Positions 20,544-30,800 of a DNA stretch of 64,000 nt are shown here, piece after piece. The stretch is from an uncultured virus (IMG/VR IMGVR_UViG_3300032227_001252). Lineage: Duplodnaviria > Heunggongvirae > Uroviricota > Caudoviricetes. The stretch lies in IMG/VR virus record IMGVR_UViG_3300032227_001252. One strand, 5' to 3'. Numbering within the stretch: position 1 is the stretch's first letter; every line of letters begins with the position of its first letter. The notes beneath the pieces were generated by a model. The model had not been told where the DNA came from, did no database searches, and saw only the letters and a program-made list of their open reading frames with translations. A program made the translations under genes and the position numbers.

Positions 20544-21193
20544 TGAAGCCGCTCCTCAACAAGGGTGATTCGTGGGCAGGACGCTCCTACGAGGAGATCT
20601 CGAAGGATCCTCGCTACACTGAGGCGTACACGCGCTGGCACTGGGGCGTGAACCCGGTTCAGGCTGCCGAGTGGGAAGACAAATCGAAGGATGCACGGGG
20701 CCGCGCTATCTACCCCGACGCTCTCACAGAGTGCGGCCGTCTGTTTGAGCTCCGCTTCCGCATCCCAGGCACGCGCCGGGACATGGCGATGAAACTGGAG
20801 CCGGAACAGGCCAACCGTAGCCACCTTGCCTTCGACCCCGACCATCCTCACGAGCGGCTCTACATCCTTCTGCCGAAGGACGTACTCCGCGGGGCCAAGC
20901 AGGCCTACTGGACGCAGAACAAGTTCGACGCGATGGACATGAACGACCTCGCCTCCTTCGTGGGCGGGCGTCACGGCAAGACCGCCGACTACCCTCGTCT
21001 CATCGTCAAGCCCGTCGGGATCTTCACTTCGTTCGTGTACGCATGCGAGAAGAAGGGCGACGGTTTCTCGCTCTACGTCCACCGAATGGGCGAGGAAAGC
21101 GGCATTCGCCCGGTCATCGCAGCGGATGAGCAGGGTCGCATTTGGGTCGTGGGCGGTAACTACACCTCCCCGACTCCGGGCGTGACAGACTGA
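20543..21193 (+). CDS. Globular hypothetical protein, probably virion-related
   Basis: 216 aa; TGATG coupling; YVHRMGEESG...VVGGNY. Confidence 0.75.
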   Translation: MKPLLNKGDSWAGRSYEEISKDPRYTEAYTRWHWGVNPVQAAEWEDKSKDARGRAIYPDALTECGRLFELRFRIPGTRRDMAMKLEPEQANRSHLAFDPDHPHERLYILLPKDVLRGAKQAYWTQNKFDAMDMNDLASFVGGRHGKTADYPRLIVKPVGIFTSFVYACEKKGDGFSLYVHRMGEESGIRPVIAADEQGRIWVVGGNYTSPTPGVTD

Positions 21194-21194
21194 C

Positions 21195-21584
21195 CTAGGG
21201 CTCGAACAGGTCTTCTTCGTCCTCTTCGGGCTCGAGACCCTCCGCGAGGAGCGCGTCCAGTTCGTTCAGGGCGTTCTCCGCTTCGAGCACCTCTGCCTCC
21301 TCGCCGAGGGCGTCGTCCTCTTCGTTCGTCTGAACAGGCGGGAGTGAGAGCGGACTCGGGACGAAGACCTTCTTCATGACGTCAGCCTGCGAAGCAAGAC
21401 GCTTCGCGCTGGCGTTGATGTGCAGCCAGTCCATGATCGCCGACCGGACCAGGTCGCTGACGGTCGTGTACTCGCCTGTGAGGTGGGTCTCTTCCATCGC
21501 TGCGGCCTGCAGTTCGTAGAAGTGCTGCTTCTTCACGCGCACGCGAAGGAGATGGAAAGAGCTGTCGGGGCTTTTGGACGGCAT
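21195..21584 (-). CDS. Ribbon-helix-helix-like regulator with acidic tail
   Basis: HLLRVRVKKQHFYELQAAA...TVSDLVRSAIMDWL; very acidic C-terminus; divergent from the structural operon. Confidence 0.65.
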   Translation of the reverse strand: MPSKSPDSSFHLLRVRVKKQHFYELQAAAMEETHLTGEYTTVSDLVRSAIMDWLHINASAKRLASQADVMKKVFVPSPLSLPPVQTNEEDDALGEEAEVLEAENALNELDALLAEGLEPEEDEEDLFEP

Positions 21585-21686
21585 AGCACACCTCGAGGGC
21601 ACAGGGGATAGCACTCGACTTGTAACAGCCGCTTGGCTCATACGGAAGGGGCATGTCATGTTGCCCCTGAACCCCCAGGAGGCTCC

Positions 21687-23762
21687 ATGGCCGATTTCTT
21701 CAACAACCCGATGCCCATCAGCGGCGCTCACTACGTGGAGAACCCCGCGAAGGTGACCGTCGAGCGTATCGCTCGTGCCATCGAGTACGACGCTGACCTC
21801 GCTTCCAAGTACAACAGCGGTACCTTCTTCGACGACGCGTCGAACATCCGCCGCGCGTTCGACCTCTCGCGCAGCTTCCGCGACGGCAAGGGCCGTGAGA
21901 TCCGCCACCTCAAGGCACAGCTCGGTTCCCGCGGCAAGCGCGGCAAGAAGGGCGAGCCCCTCGATGAGACGGCACGCAAGTTCGACGAGCGCGTTCTTGC
22001 AGCCTGGGGCGGTTCGCTCCCCACCAAGCAGACCAACGTCGGCGAGGGCGGGCGCAAGGCCATCGCAGCGGCCATCGGCCGTGCGCGCGGCTTCGTGAAG
22101 ACCAACATCCGCAACCGTGGCCGCTACCTCAAGGTGTACGGACAGGTGTCCGGCGTCAAGATGGGCCAGATCAAGAGCCGCAAATGGGGCAGCAACCGCG
22201 GCCTCGCAGCCTGGAAGTTCGGCGACGAGAATGCCTCCAACGCTGGCAAGACCTACGGGCGTAGCCGCGAGGGCGGCAGCCTCATGAAGTTCGGCCCTGG
22301 CGCCTCGTCCTCGAGCGACTTCAAGAAGGCCGAGCTCGCCAAGATCCGCAAGCAGTTCGCCGCCCAGATCAAGGACGCGGGCGGCCGCTGGTGGGAAGTG
22401 CCGGCAGCGAAGGCCGCGTACGACAGCGCCGTCAAGGGCCGTCGTCACAGCGAGCACCTCACCGCCGAGCAGTCCAACGCACGCATGTTCGCCCGCTTCG
22501 GCGGCAAGAACCTCGCGAGCCGTTACTCCGGTGAGACCTACGGCCTCGCTGGCCGTCGCACGCTCCGCGCCGCTCCCGCTCGCGCCTTCCCCCGCCCCTT
22601 CGGTGGCGGTCGCGCTTCGGCGGTCGGTGAGGCAGCAGCAGCCGGCGCAGCGGCAGGCTTCGAGGCTGGCGTTGCAGCGGGCTCCGAGCTGGCAGCGGGC
22701 GGCGAGGCTCCCGTCGCGGCTCCCACCCGTCGCCGTCGTAGTCGTCGTGCTGAGGCGCCCCTCGAGAACCCGTTCGGCAGCCTCGGCTACGGCGAGTTCG
22801 GTGACCTGGCTCTGTCGAACCCCACGGGCATCGGCATGCTGGACAGCCTCGAGAACAGCGTCGAAGGCCTCCCGGTCGTCGGCCCTGTCATCGCCCCGAT
22901 CATCGCTCCCGCGGCTCTCGGCGCGGCGGCTGCTGCGGTGCACATCCTCGTCGTCCCCCGCCTCGAGGGCTACCTCCCGGCATGGGCACAGCCGTACAGC
23001 TACTCCATCGGCGGCGCTGCTGTCGGCATGGTGAGCGGTGTCGTGGCTGCGAAGTCGAACGACAGCACCGTCCGCACCGCAGCCGGCCTCATCGGCGGCG
23101 CAGCGGTCGCGATCGGCCTCGGCATCGACGCCTACCGTCACTTCATCGCCAAGAGCGGTGGGATGAGCGGCGCCGATGAGATGGGCGATCTCGCTCTCTC
23201 GGGCGACGACATGGGCGACCTCGCCCTGTCCGGCCTGAGCGGCGAGCTCGGCGGCGAGCGCGCAGCCTTCGGCGACCGCGCAGCGTTCGGCGACGGCGGT
23301 GCGTACCAGGTGCAGACCCTCGGGTTCGCGGGCGACCACAGCGCCCTCAGCTCGATGTACGCCGACAGCTCCATGGCTGACGCGTACTTCTCGGGTCCGG
23401 ACCTCGACGGCGTTGAGGGTGAGGCGGCTCTCGCAGGCCCCTCGTCCTTCATGGGCACGTTCGGCGCCGCACCGGTCCGCGCAGCGGGTCAGAAGCGCAT
23501 GCAGAGCCGTCACGCTGGTCTCCGCGGTCACCGCTGGGGCTGGATGATCAAGATGGTCGGCTACGAGAACTTCCAGAAGATCGTCGCCCTCCCCCCGGAG
23601 CAGCGCGTCAGCGTCATCAAGCAGCTCCGTGAGCAGGCGATGGCGTCCGTGCAGCGCTTCGTGGACGAGAGCAAGGCCGCGCAGCTGGCTTCCAAGCCGG
23701 TCACCGCTCCCGATGCGCTCTCTGGTTACGGTACGACCCTGTTCAGCGGCGGCAGCTACTGA
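21687..23762 (+). CDS. Probable major core/membrane polyprotein
   Basis: SD AGGAGG; strong C-ending codon bias; basic N-half, hydrophobic central segments; NP motifs and MGDLALSG/RAAFGD repeats. Confidence 0.8.
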   Translation: MADFFNNPMPISGAHYVENPAKVTVERIARAIEYDADLASKYNSGTFFDDASNIRRAFDLSRSFRDGKGREIRHLKAQLGSRGKRGKKGEPLDETARKFDERVLAAWGGSLPTKQTNVGEGGRKAIAAAIGRARGFVKTNIRNRGRYLKVYGQVSGVKMGQIKSRKWGSNRGLAAWKFGDENASNAGKTYGRSREGGSLMKFGPGASSSSDFKKAELAKIRKQFAAQIKDAGGRWWEVPAAKAAYDSAVKGRRHSEHLTAEQSNARMFARFGGKNLASRYSGETYGLAGRRTLRAAPARAFPRPFGGGRASAVGEAAAAGAAAGFEAGVAAGSELAAGGEAPVAAPTRRRRSRRAEAPLENPFGSLGYGEFGDLALSNPTGIGMLDSLENSVEGLPVVGPVIAPIIAPAALGAAAAAVHILVVPRLEGYLPAWAQPYSYSIGGAAVGMVSGVVAAKSNDSTVRTAAGLIGGAAVAIGLGIDAYRHFIAKSGGMSGADEMGDLALSGDDMGDLALSGLSGELGGERAAFGDRAAFGDGGAYQVQTLGFAGDHSALSSMYADSSMADAYFSGPDLDGVEGEAALAGPSSFMGTFGAAPVRAAGQKRMQSRHAGLRGHRWGWMIKMVGYENFQKIVALPPEQRVSVIKQLREQAMASVQRFVDESKAAQLASKPVTAPDALSGYGTTLFSGGSY

Positions 23763-23865
23763 TACAGTGTCCGTGTGAGAGTGAGGGGCGAGCGCCTGAA
23801 CGCCGCCCCTCACCACCCCACACCGCTTTCTTCACCCTCTCTTCCCAAACTCCCAGGAGTCTCAC

Positions 23866-24567
23866 ATGTTCGGTGCACCTCTCACCTCCCCCGACGCTGG
23901 CCCGATCCCCGGCGTTCCGATGGAGCAGCCCAAGAACCTCTTCCGCTTCGGCGAGCAGACGATCTGGTCCACGCAGTACCACGCGTCGGGCGCCCCGATC
24001 GCCTCGGGCACCTTCCGCCTCTTCACGACCCCCCTCGGTCAGGTCGGCCAGGGCTTCAACCAGGCTCTCTCCATCGGTGAGACCAACCTGAAGGAAGGCG
24101 GCCGCGTGCCCAGCGGCGTCGCATATGACGTCTTCGGCGTCGCATGCCAGGTCGAGGAGTCGTCCACGCTCAACGAGCAGAACGGCGTCGCCACTCTCAA
24201 CCTCCCGGTCAACAGCCCGGAGGCGGTCGGCAACCTCGTCAACATCATCCAGAACGGCATCCTGAGCTGGGACTTCACCCAGACCCAGGTCGACATCTGC
24301 CCGATCACCCTCGCGGGTGCCGGCGGTGGCGCGTTCGGTGCGGTTGCGACGGCTGACGCCGGCACCCCTGTCACGACCGGTCACATGAACAACGGCGCCG
24401 GCGGCGTGTGGATGTATCGCAAGCACCCCGTCGCGCTCCCGGGCACGACGACCTTCGCGATCGTCCTCCGCTACGGCTCCCGCGCGGCGACCATCGGTGC
24501 GAACGGCTCTTGCGCCGTCCGCGTCACGCTCCTCGGCTACTACAAGAACGTGATCGAGATTGGGTAG
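23866..24567 (+). CDS. Candidate major capsid protein (single jelly-roll-like)
   Basis: 233 aa, beta-rich; strongest codon bias; pyrimidine-rich leader plus CAGGAG; followed by a terminator. Fold is inferred, not shown. Confidence 0.55.
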   Translation: MFGAPLTSPDAGPIPGVPMEQPKNLFRFGEQTIWSTQYHASGAPIASGTFRLFTTPLGQVGQGFNQALSIGETNLKEGGRVPSGVAYDVFGVACQVEESSTLNEQNGVATLNLPVNSPEAVGNLVNIIQNGILSWDFTQTQVDICPITLAGAGGGAFGAVATADAGTPVTTGHMNNGAGGVWMYRKHPVALPGTTTFAIVLRYGSRAATIGANGSCAVRVTLLGYYKNVIEIG

Positions 24568-24616
24568 TATTCAGAAGATCGCCCCGGCGGTCAACTGAGC
24601 GTCGACCCAACGATGC

Positions 24617-24662
24617 AAGAAGGCCCACTCCGAAGGCAACTTCGGGGTGGGTTCTTCGTTTT
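24617..24662 (+). terminator. Intrinsic terminator
   Basis: Stem CCCACTCCGAAG-GCAA-CTTCGGGGTGGG followed by TTCTTCGTTTT. Confidence 0.8.
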
Positions 24663-24718
24663 GGCCTTGCGCGGTACGAGGGAAGCGGGTAGTTTCTGCT
24701 GAAGGAGGATTTCAGCAG

Positions 24719-25486
24719 ATGCGCATGTGGAAGCCGGAAGATGAGGACGCAGAAGCGTTGTCGAGAGAAGGTGTGGAAGTTTGGTCACCCGTTGAAGAGG
24801 CGCCGGGTCGCTACTTTGTCAGCAATCTCGGCAATGTCGCCAGCGCTGCACAGACTCGCGGCGCGCCGCGTCTCATGACGCTGACGCAAATGCCGTCCGG
24901 GTACCTCAGCGTGGGTCTGGTGAAGTCGGTCGGGGAGAAGGCAGCTTTCCGGCTGGTGCACAAACTGGTGGTTCAGGCGTTCCGGGGGGACAAGCCCACC
25001 CTTGAACACACGGACGTGAGACACAAGGACAGGAACAAGACGAACAACCGTCTACTCAACGTGGTCTGGGGCACCCGCAGTGAGAACATGCTGGATGTCT
25101 GGGAACACCGCAAGACTGGCACTTCAGGCACACCTTCGGAAGTCCGGGATCCTGGGATGTACGTAGGCGACACGAATGACGTCCGACTCCTCACGGTCGG
25201 GCTCGAACTGCACCGAGAAGGCAAGCTCAACACCGCAGATCTCGCACGGCTCTGGGGGTGCTCAGACGACGTAGCGTTCAACATCGTCCACGGTAAAAGG
25301 AAGGCTCACTGCGCGCAGACGGGCGCTGTGCCGACGAAGAAGTACCGCAGCCCGGAGCAGAAGGCCGCCATCTCTGAACTCGTCGCCGCGGGCAAGGGCT
25401 TCAAGGAGATCAACGAGGCCCTCGGTGAGACACTCACCGCCCAGGACGTGTACTACTACCGCTCGAAGGCTGCCGCGAAGAAGTGA
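24719..25486 (+). CDS. NUMOD4-HNH homing endonuclease
   Basis: WSPVEEAPGRYFVSNLGNV (NUMOD4); VHKLVVQAF...VRHKDRNKTNNRLLNVVWGTRSEN (HNH); SD AAGGAGG. Confidence 0.9.
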   Translation: MRMWKPEDEDAEALSREGVEVWSPVEEAPGRYFVSNLGNVASAAQTRGAPRLMTLTQMPSGYLSVGLVKSVGEKAAFRLVHKLVVQAFRGDKPTLEHTDVRHKDRNKTNNRLLNVVWGTRSENMLDVWEHRKTGTSGTPSEVRDPGMYVGDTNDVRLLTVGLELHREGKLNTADLARLWGCSDDVAFNIVHGKRKAHCAQTGAVPTKKYRSPEQKAAISELVAAGKGFKEINEALGETLTAQDVYYYRSKAAAKK

Positions 25487-25555
25487 GAGCGTCGAGTGCC
25501 CTCGAGACGTGCTCTGTGCTACTCGTGAGGATACGCTGACAAGCGGAGCTACCTC

Positions 25556-26236
25556 ATGCCGTACGACCAGTTCGGCCGCCCGATCCCCGGCGGCGCACCC
25601 ACTCACGAACCCCACTACAACTATGGCCAGGCAGAGTCCGGCCATGGGTACGGGGACGCGTCCGGGATGGGCGGAGGCCCCCACGAGGGCTATCGTCAGG
25701 CTCTGCTTGCGATGCCGTCCGCGGGACAGCTCGGTGGACCCGGCCCTGTGCCGTTCGTCCGTTACCCCTTCTTCCCGACCGCGCCCTTCTACAGCACGAA
25801 CCCCAATGTGGGGTATCAGACCCGGTTCTACTCGACGGGAGTCCAGTACACGGACGCGGACTACACGGTCGGTTCGGAGATGATCCGGACGATCCAGTTC
25901 GACATCCCGTGCCGTCTCGTGGCGTTCAACGGCTCCGCACTCTACTACTTCGGCAGCCCGGCCGTGCCCGCGGCACTGCCGCTGGGTGTCAAGCCGAACG
26001 ACACCTACCTGTTCCGTGGCGAGTACACGACGGGCGACAAGCTCCACATCGCAGCCCGTCTCGGCTCCACGGTCGTGGGCTCTGACGAGAATCCTGGCGA
26101 GATCGGCGGAACCGGCTACACCATCGACGCCGGCGCCTCGTTCGTGATCGGCATCACGCCGCTCATCGCCAACCTTCGCATTGACGTCACCCTCGTCTGC
26201 CTCGAGATGCGCGGTCCGCGAAACTTCTCCCGGTAA
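25556..26236 (+). CDS. Beta-rich structural protein (second capsid-like protein candidate)
   Basis: Gly-rich leader with YG/MG motifs, then a beta-strand pattern. Confidence 0.6.
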   Translation: MPYDQFGRPIPGGAPTHEPHYNYGQAESGHGYGDASGMGGGPHEGYRQALLAMPSAGQLGGPGPVPFVRYPFFPTAPFYSTNPNVGYQTRFYSTGVQYTDADYTVGSEMIRTIQFDIPCRLVAFNGSALYYFGSPAVPAALPLGVKPNDTYLFRGEYTTGDKLHIAARLGSTVVGSDENPGEIGGTGYTIDAGASFVIGITPLIANLRIDVTLVCLEMRGPRNFSR

Positions 26237-26245
26237 GAGGTCCCC

Positions 26246-26869
26246 TTGCCCCCCTCGAACATCCCGCCGTACCAGATGCGTCAGTTCCCGGGGCAACCGC
26301 TTCCGGGGACAGACGGCAACTACGAGACCGGGAGCATGTTTCAGAACCCGGCTGGGACGATGCCGTTCCCGGCGCCGTTCAACATGCCGTACGCGCAGTG
26401 GCAGTCGGCCAGGACGCCTCTCAACTGGACGAACCCGGGGTCTCTCGACGCCGGGTACGTCACCGCGGCCTACTGGTCGTCTCCGCTGTTCGACCTTCGG
26501 CCGGAAATCAAGAGCGCGGACGGTTCCAAGGCTTCTGGCGTCCCGATCTGGGGTTCTGGCGGCAGGAAACTGTGGGTTCAGGTGGACGGGCTCCTCAGCG
26601 TGACCGACGGCGTGGTGGCGACTGCGGAGCTGTACGTGGTCTCGCGCGAGTACTCGAACATCTTCGACCCGAATCAGGTTCAGCGTGTTCTTGCGGACGC
26701 AGACATCAGCGCGGACTGGGCTTCTGGAACGAACCAGCCGCCCAGCATCATTCTGAGCTTCAACCCGATCGGATCCGGGTACTCGGTGCGTTACTGGCGT
26801 TGCGAGCTGGCGTTCCGACGTCTCGACCGCGTCACCCACCCTCTGGCCATTTCGGCGGCGTTCTACTGA
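26246..26869 (+). CDS. Beta-rich structural protein
   Basis: TTG start after GAGG; in structural operon. Confidence 0.6.
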   Translation: MPPSNIPPYQMRQFPGQPLPGTDGNYETGSMFQNPAGTMPFPAPFNMPYAQWQSARTPLNWTNPGSLDAGYVTAAYWSSPLFDLRPEIKSADGSKASGVPIWGSGGRKLWVQVDGLLSVTDGVVATAELYVVSREYSNIFDPNQVQRVLADADISADWASGTNQPPSIILSFNPIGSGYSVRYWRCELAFRRLDRVTHPLAISAAFY

Positions 26870-26870
26870 T

Positions 26871-27287
26871 ATGCCCCTCAACCGCACCCCACTCACCGGC
26901 AATCAGATCGTCGCAATGGCGAACGTGTCGCTGCAGCGCAACTACACGCTGCAGGGCGCCGCCGTCGTCGGCCAGAACACGTTCGTCATTGTCAATGAAC
27001 TGAACGTCCTCGGCCTGCCCTCGCTCACGTACTGGGTGCGGCTCAACTCGGGCAACCCGAGCATCGTCTTCACGCCCCTGTTCTCGGTGCAGAACACCAC
27101 CGTAGGCGGCACGACGACTGTTCCAGACTGGCTGCCGTTCACGAACGGATCCGTGCTCGTGCCCGGCAACGTGTTCACCTTCATCGTCCGTTCCGCTGTA
27201 GCGAACGCTGCGGTGGAGTTCACGATCCCGGGCGCGATCCCCGCAGCAACCGTCAACGTTGACGTTGTCATCACGGCAGGTGGCTGA
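26871..27287 (+). CDS. Small beta-rich structural protein
   Basis: V/T/N-rich, few charged residues; coupled. Confidence 0.6.
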   Translation: MPLNRTPLTGNQIVAMANVSLQRNYTLQGAAVVGQNTFVIVNELNVLGLPSLTYWVRLNSGNPSIVFTPLFSVQNTTVGGTTTVPDWLPFTNGSVLVPGNVFTFIVRSAVANAAVEFTIPGAIPAATVNVDVVITAGG

Positions 27288-27814
27288 TGCCGCTCAATCC
27301 CGCGTCCTCAACTCTGGGGCTGGCGCCCATTCAGTTCGCCTACGTCGCTACTGACCTGGCTGTGCGCGCGTGGGTGTTCCCCACCAACCGAGCACAAACC
27401 ACGTTCCAGTGGCCGTCGTCAAACACGCGCCAGATCGTGATCTTGAACACGGGTAACGCTCCTCTTCTGTTCGGCCTTCAGGGGTACTCCGACAGCACGC
27501 AGTTGCCGGGTCAGGCTACCGTCGGACTTGCAGAGCCCTACGCCCTGCCCGCGATTGCGTACCCGACGGCTATCGGCGCCGGACCCGTGCCTGTTGAGGG
27601 CAACAACTGCACGCGCATCCCTGCAGGAGCCTCATTCAGCATCGACCTGCTGTCCTTCGAAGAGCGTGGCAACTTCGTGCCCATCAGCCCCCTCGCGTTC
27701 GGCGGGCCGACGCTGCTGAAGACGGCCTTCCCGACCTACTTGCTCTTCTTCAGCTCCGTGGGCGGGAACACGACTGCTGACCTCACCTACGTCAACAAGT
27801 TCGGGACGTTCTGA
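27287..27814 (+). CDS. Small beta-rich structural protein
   Basis: TGATG coupling; QIVILNTGNAPLLFG strand pattern. Confidence 0.6.
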   Translation: MPLNPASSTLGLAPIQFAYVATDLAVRAWVFPTNRAQTTFQWPSSNTRQIVILNTGNAPLLFGLQGYSDSTQLPGQATVGLAEPYALPAIAYPTAIGAGPVPVEGNNCTRIPAGASFSIDLLSFEERGNFVPISPLAFGGPTLLKTAFPTYLLFFSSVGGNTTADLTYVNKFGTF

Positions 27815-27876
27815 GTAGCACAGCGGCGCCTGCCAGAAGGCGGTTCGGGTGGTAGCCTGCTCCTGTCGGAGTACAG

Positions 27877-30800
27877 ATGCCAGCGCCCAAGGTCGGAGAT
27901 CGCGTCGTTGAAGGTCGCCGTTTTGGCGAGGTCGTCGCCCTACGCCCCCAGAACATGGTGGACGTGGTGTTTTCCGATCTGGACTACCCGATCCGTCGCC
28001 CCGCAGGAGCGCTCACTGTGATGCAGCGGAACCCGAAGCCCAAGATGCCCGTGTTCATCGCAGCGGTGCTCACGCCCGATGCGAAGAAGAAGCTGTATCG
28101 CTGGTGGTCGACTCAGCCCCTGGCACCCGACCCGCTTCCCATCACGAAGTCCACTCACATGACCATCCAGTTCCGCCCCTCGTTGGCGGATGTGGCTGCT
28201 GCGCCGATCGGCTCTGACGTCATGCTGCAGATCACGGGCTGGGCCGCGGACAACCAGATTCAGGCGGTTTCCGTCAAGCCGCAGGGCGTCGGCTCTGCGA
28301 ACGCGGTGCCGCACGTGACGTTCGCCATCAAGGATGCTTCTGTCGCTCCGAAGCTCTCGAACGACCTGTTCGTGACGCCGGGCGTGAAGAAGAAAGAGGT
28401 CGAGGGCCCCCTTCTCGCTGCCCGCGTGGGCTGGAGCGACGGCGGGACGTACCACTACGAGATGCCTGAGGGTGTGCAGAGCAACCCCGGCCCGCGGGGC
28501 GGCCTGACGGCTCGCGAACGCGAGCAGCTCGAGGGCTCTGCCTTCGCTCTGCCCGGCCGCCGCTGGCCGATCAACGACCGCCGTCACGCCGTCATCGCGA
28601 TGCAGTACATGCTGCGCGGCTTCGGCAGCGCGTCGGACTACCCCTCCATCCTCAAGGCGATCGCCAAGCGCTACCCCATGTCGGACAAGCGCAACGCCGA
28701 GATCTGGACGTTCTACGGGAAGCACAAGCAGAGCTTGGGCCGCCGCAAGATCGCCGCGAACCCCAGCACGGATCTCGCTGCTGCCAGCAAGTATCTGGAA
28801 GTGGCGTACGATGACGCGCCCGCCTACTTCGCAGCCGAGCCCCTCAGCGTGAAGATCAGGGGAAAGCAGAGTCAGTTCGAGGGTCGGTGGGTCATGCCCG
28901 GCGGGCCCCTCTCCCGCGTGTCGGCTGTGTTCGGCGAGGCTGTTGCTAACTTCATGGCGGACAAGTTCAGGGGTGGCGAGAAGAACTATCGCCCCACGAG
29001 GGCAGACCGCGAGGCCGTCTTCGAGCGCGTGAACCGCTCTTCTGGCTCCCCGTTCACGTCGCTGGAGGACTTCGAGCGTCAGCAGAAGCGTGCATTTGAG
29101 CGCTTCGAGAAGTTCATGAATGCCTTCCACGCAGCGCCTCCCGCCGTACAGCGCGAACTCACGACGACGCTTCAGTTGAGGACCCCCCTTCGTAAGGGTG
29201 TCATCGACCTGCACACGAACCCGGCCGAGGATGTCTACGACCCTGCCAAGGAGCAGTTCCGCTCCGTAGTGCAGGGCGTGTACGAGAGCCAGGTTCGCAA
29301 GTCCCTGAGACTGCCCTACAACGCACCCTTCACGGATGCGCGCGGGCACCGCTTGGACTCTTCCCTCGACGACGGGGCGAAGCGCAAGCTGCTTTCCAGC
29401 GCATACGCCATCGCGACCCGTCAGGGCCAGAAGCACGGCTGGCTCATGCCCGGCACACAGACGCCGACAGAAAAGGGGCAGGCACGCGCGTTCGAGAGGC
29501 TCTCTCAGCAGCAGGCGGAGCATGCTGCCCAGAACCGAATGGACTACGAGCGCACGCTCGGTGCCGCCCGCAAGAGTGGCTACTACCGTGTCGTCGCCGA
29601 AGAAGTCACCACCGGCTCGGGGCGTAAGGCGCTCCAGTACAAGGTTCAGCCCACCCCGCCTCGGGAGGCAGGTCTCCCCGCCTACCGCCTCTCGCAGCGT
29701 GCTGCGGAGCAGGACGCCGCCAAGGCCGAGCGGTTTCGTTCCTCCGCGCCCTCCCAGGCCCGTCTTCGAATGAATCCTGACCGCACCAAGCGTCGTGAGC
29801 AGTCCCCCGGGACGCAGGGGGAGCTGGAGTACATGGCGCGGATGGAGGATTTCCTCGATAAGCCGGTCGCGGAAGCCCGCGAGGCTTTCCGCTGGGACAT
29901 TGACAACCATGTTCGAGTCGAAAGCTCCCTGCGCAGGCAGATCGCAGAGAAGGGTCTCGACTGGGACGATGACAGCGAGCAGAAAGCTGTCGCCGTGTCG
30001 CGCCGCATCGTGAATCGCAACCGGGCCTTCTTGGAGAAGAAGTATGAGGCCCGCGAGTCCGACCTCGAAGACATGAAGCCCTCCATGGACGAGAAGCTCA
30101 CCTCGGCGCAGCGAATCGCCCCTGACCCCATGCTCTTCAAGCAGATCCAGCACATTCGAACCTTGCAGCGTCGCGACGACCCTCTGTTCCGCGATGCGAT
30201 GGCGAAGTGGATCCCTCACCGAAACATGCTCGACATCGAAACCGTTCGCGCCATGACTGAAGGCGCGAAGCTGGGCGGTATTGCAGGTAGCGGCAAGAAC
30301 CGCAAGGACTCCGACGAGACCGGACGTGTATTCATCCCTGCGCTCCAGGCCTTGAACGCCGCGTCTCGCAGCCGCGGTGAGCCCGAACTCACCGACGACA
30401 CGTTCGCGGTCATTGAGCCGAAGCAGGCGATCGACGACTTCCTTCGAGCGACCTCCACCGAGGAGGAGCTCGCAGGAAAGATCCGTCTTGACGACATCCC
30501 CTTGGAGCTGCGTTCCAACATCGTCGAGGAGCGCGACAAGAAGGGTCGCGTCACCAAGATGACCCTCGTCCTGCCCTACATGCAACTGGAGAAGGGCGTG
30601 ATCGCCCCCGTCGAGGGCGAAGGGAAGAGCGAGCAGCAGGAAAACGCGCTCGATCGTGCCCAGGAACAGCGTGAGACGAAGAAGCTCATCCAGACCGTTC
30701 AGCGTGGCTTTGACGCGAACGAACCCTTCTGGGACGTTGAACGCACGGTGCTCCTCTACTTCCCCAAGAAGGACGAGAAGGGGCAGCCGGTCGTGGGCTC

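Noticed and set aside
23181..23294. Short tandem DNA repeats as CRISPR or VNTR
   Set aside because: They are in-frame coding repeats (MGDLALSG, RAAFGD) with synonymous differences; no repeat-spacer array or cas genes seen in the window.
21585..23816. Upstream 744 codons of the 873-aa minus ORF
   Set aside because: Overlaps the real 21687 gene; only 21195-21584 looks protein-like.
28471..28494. GVQSNPGP resembles the picornaviral 2A motif D(V/I)ExNPGP
   Set aside because: Lacks the conserved D and E; 2A skipping is not known to work on bacterial ribosomes; other NP sites are not followed by GP.
27940..30585. 881-aa minus-strand ORF
   Set aside because: Antisense shadow of the 27877 polyprotein.
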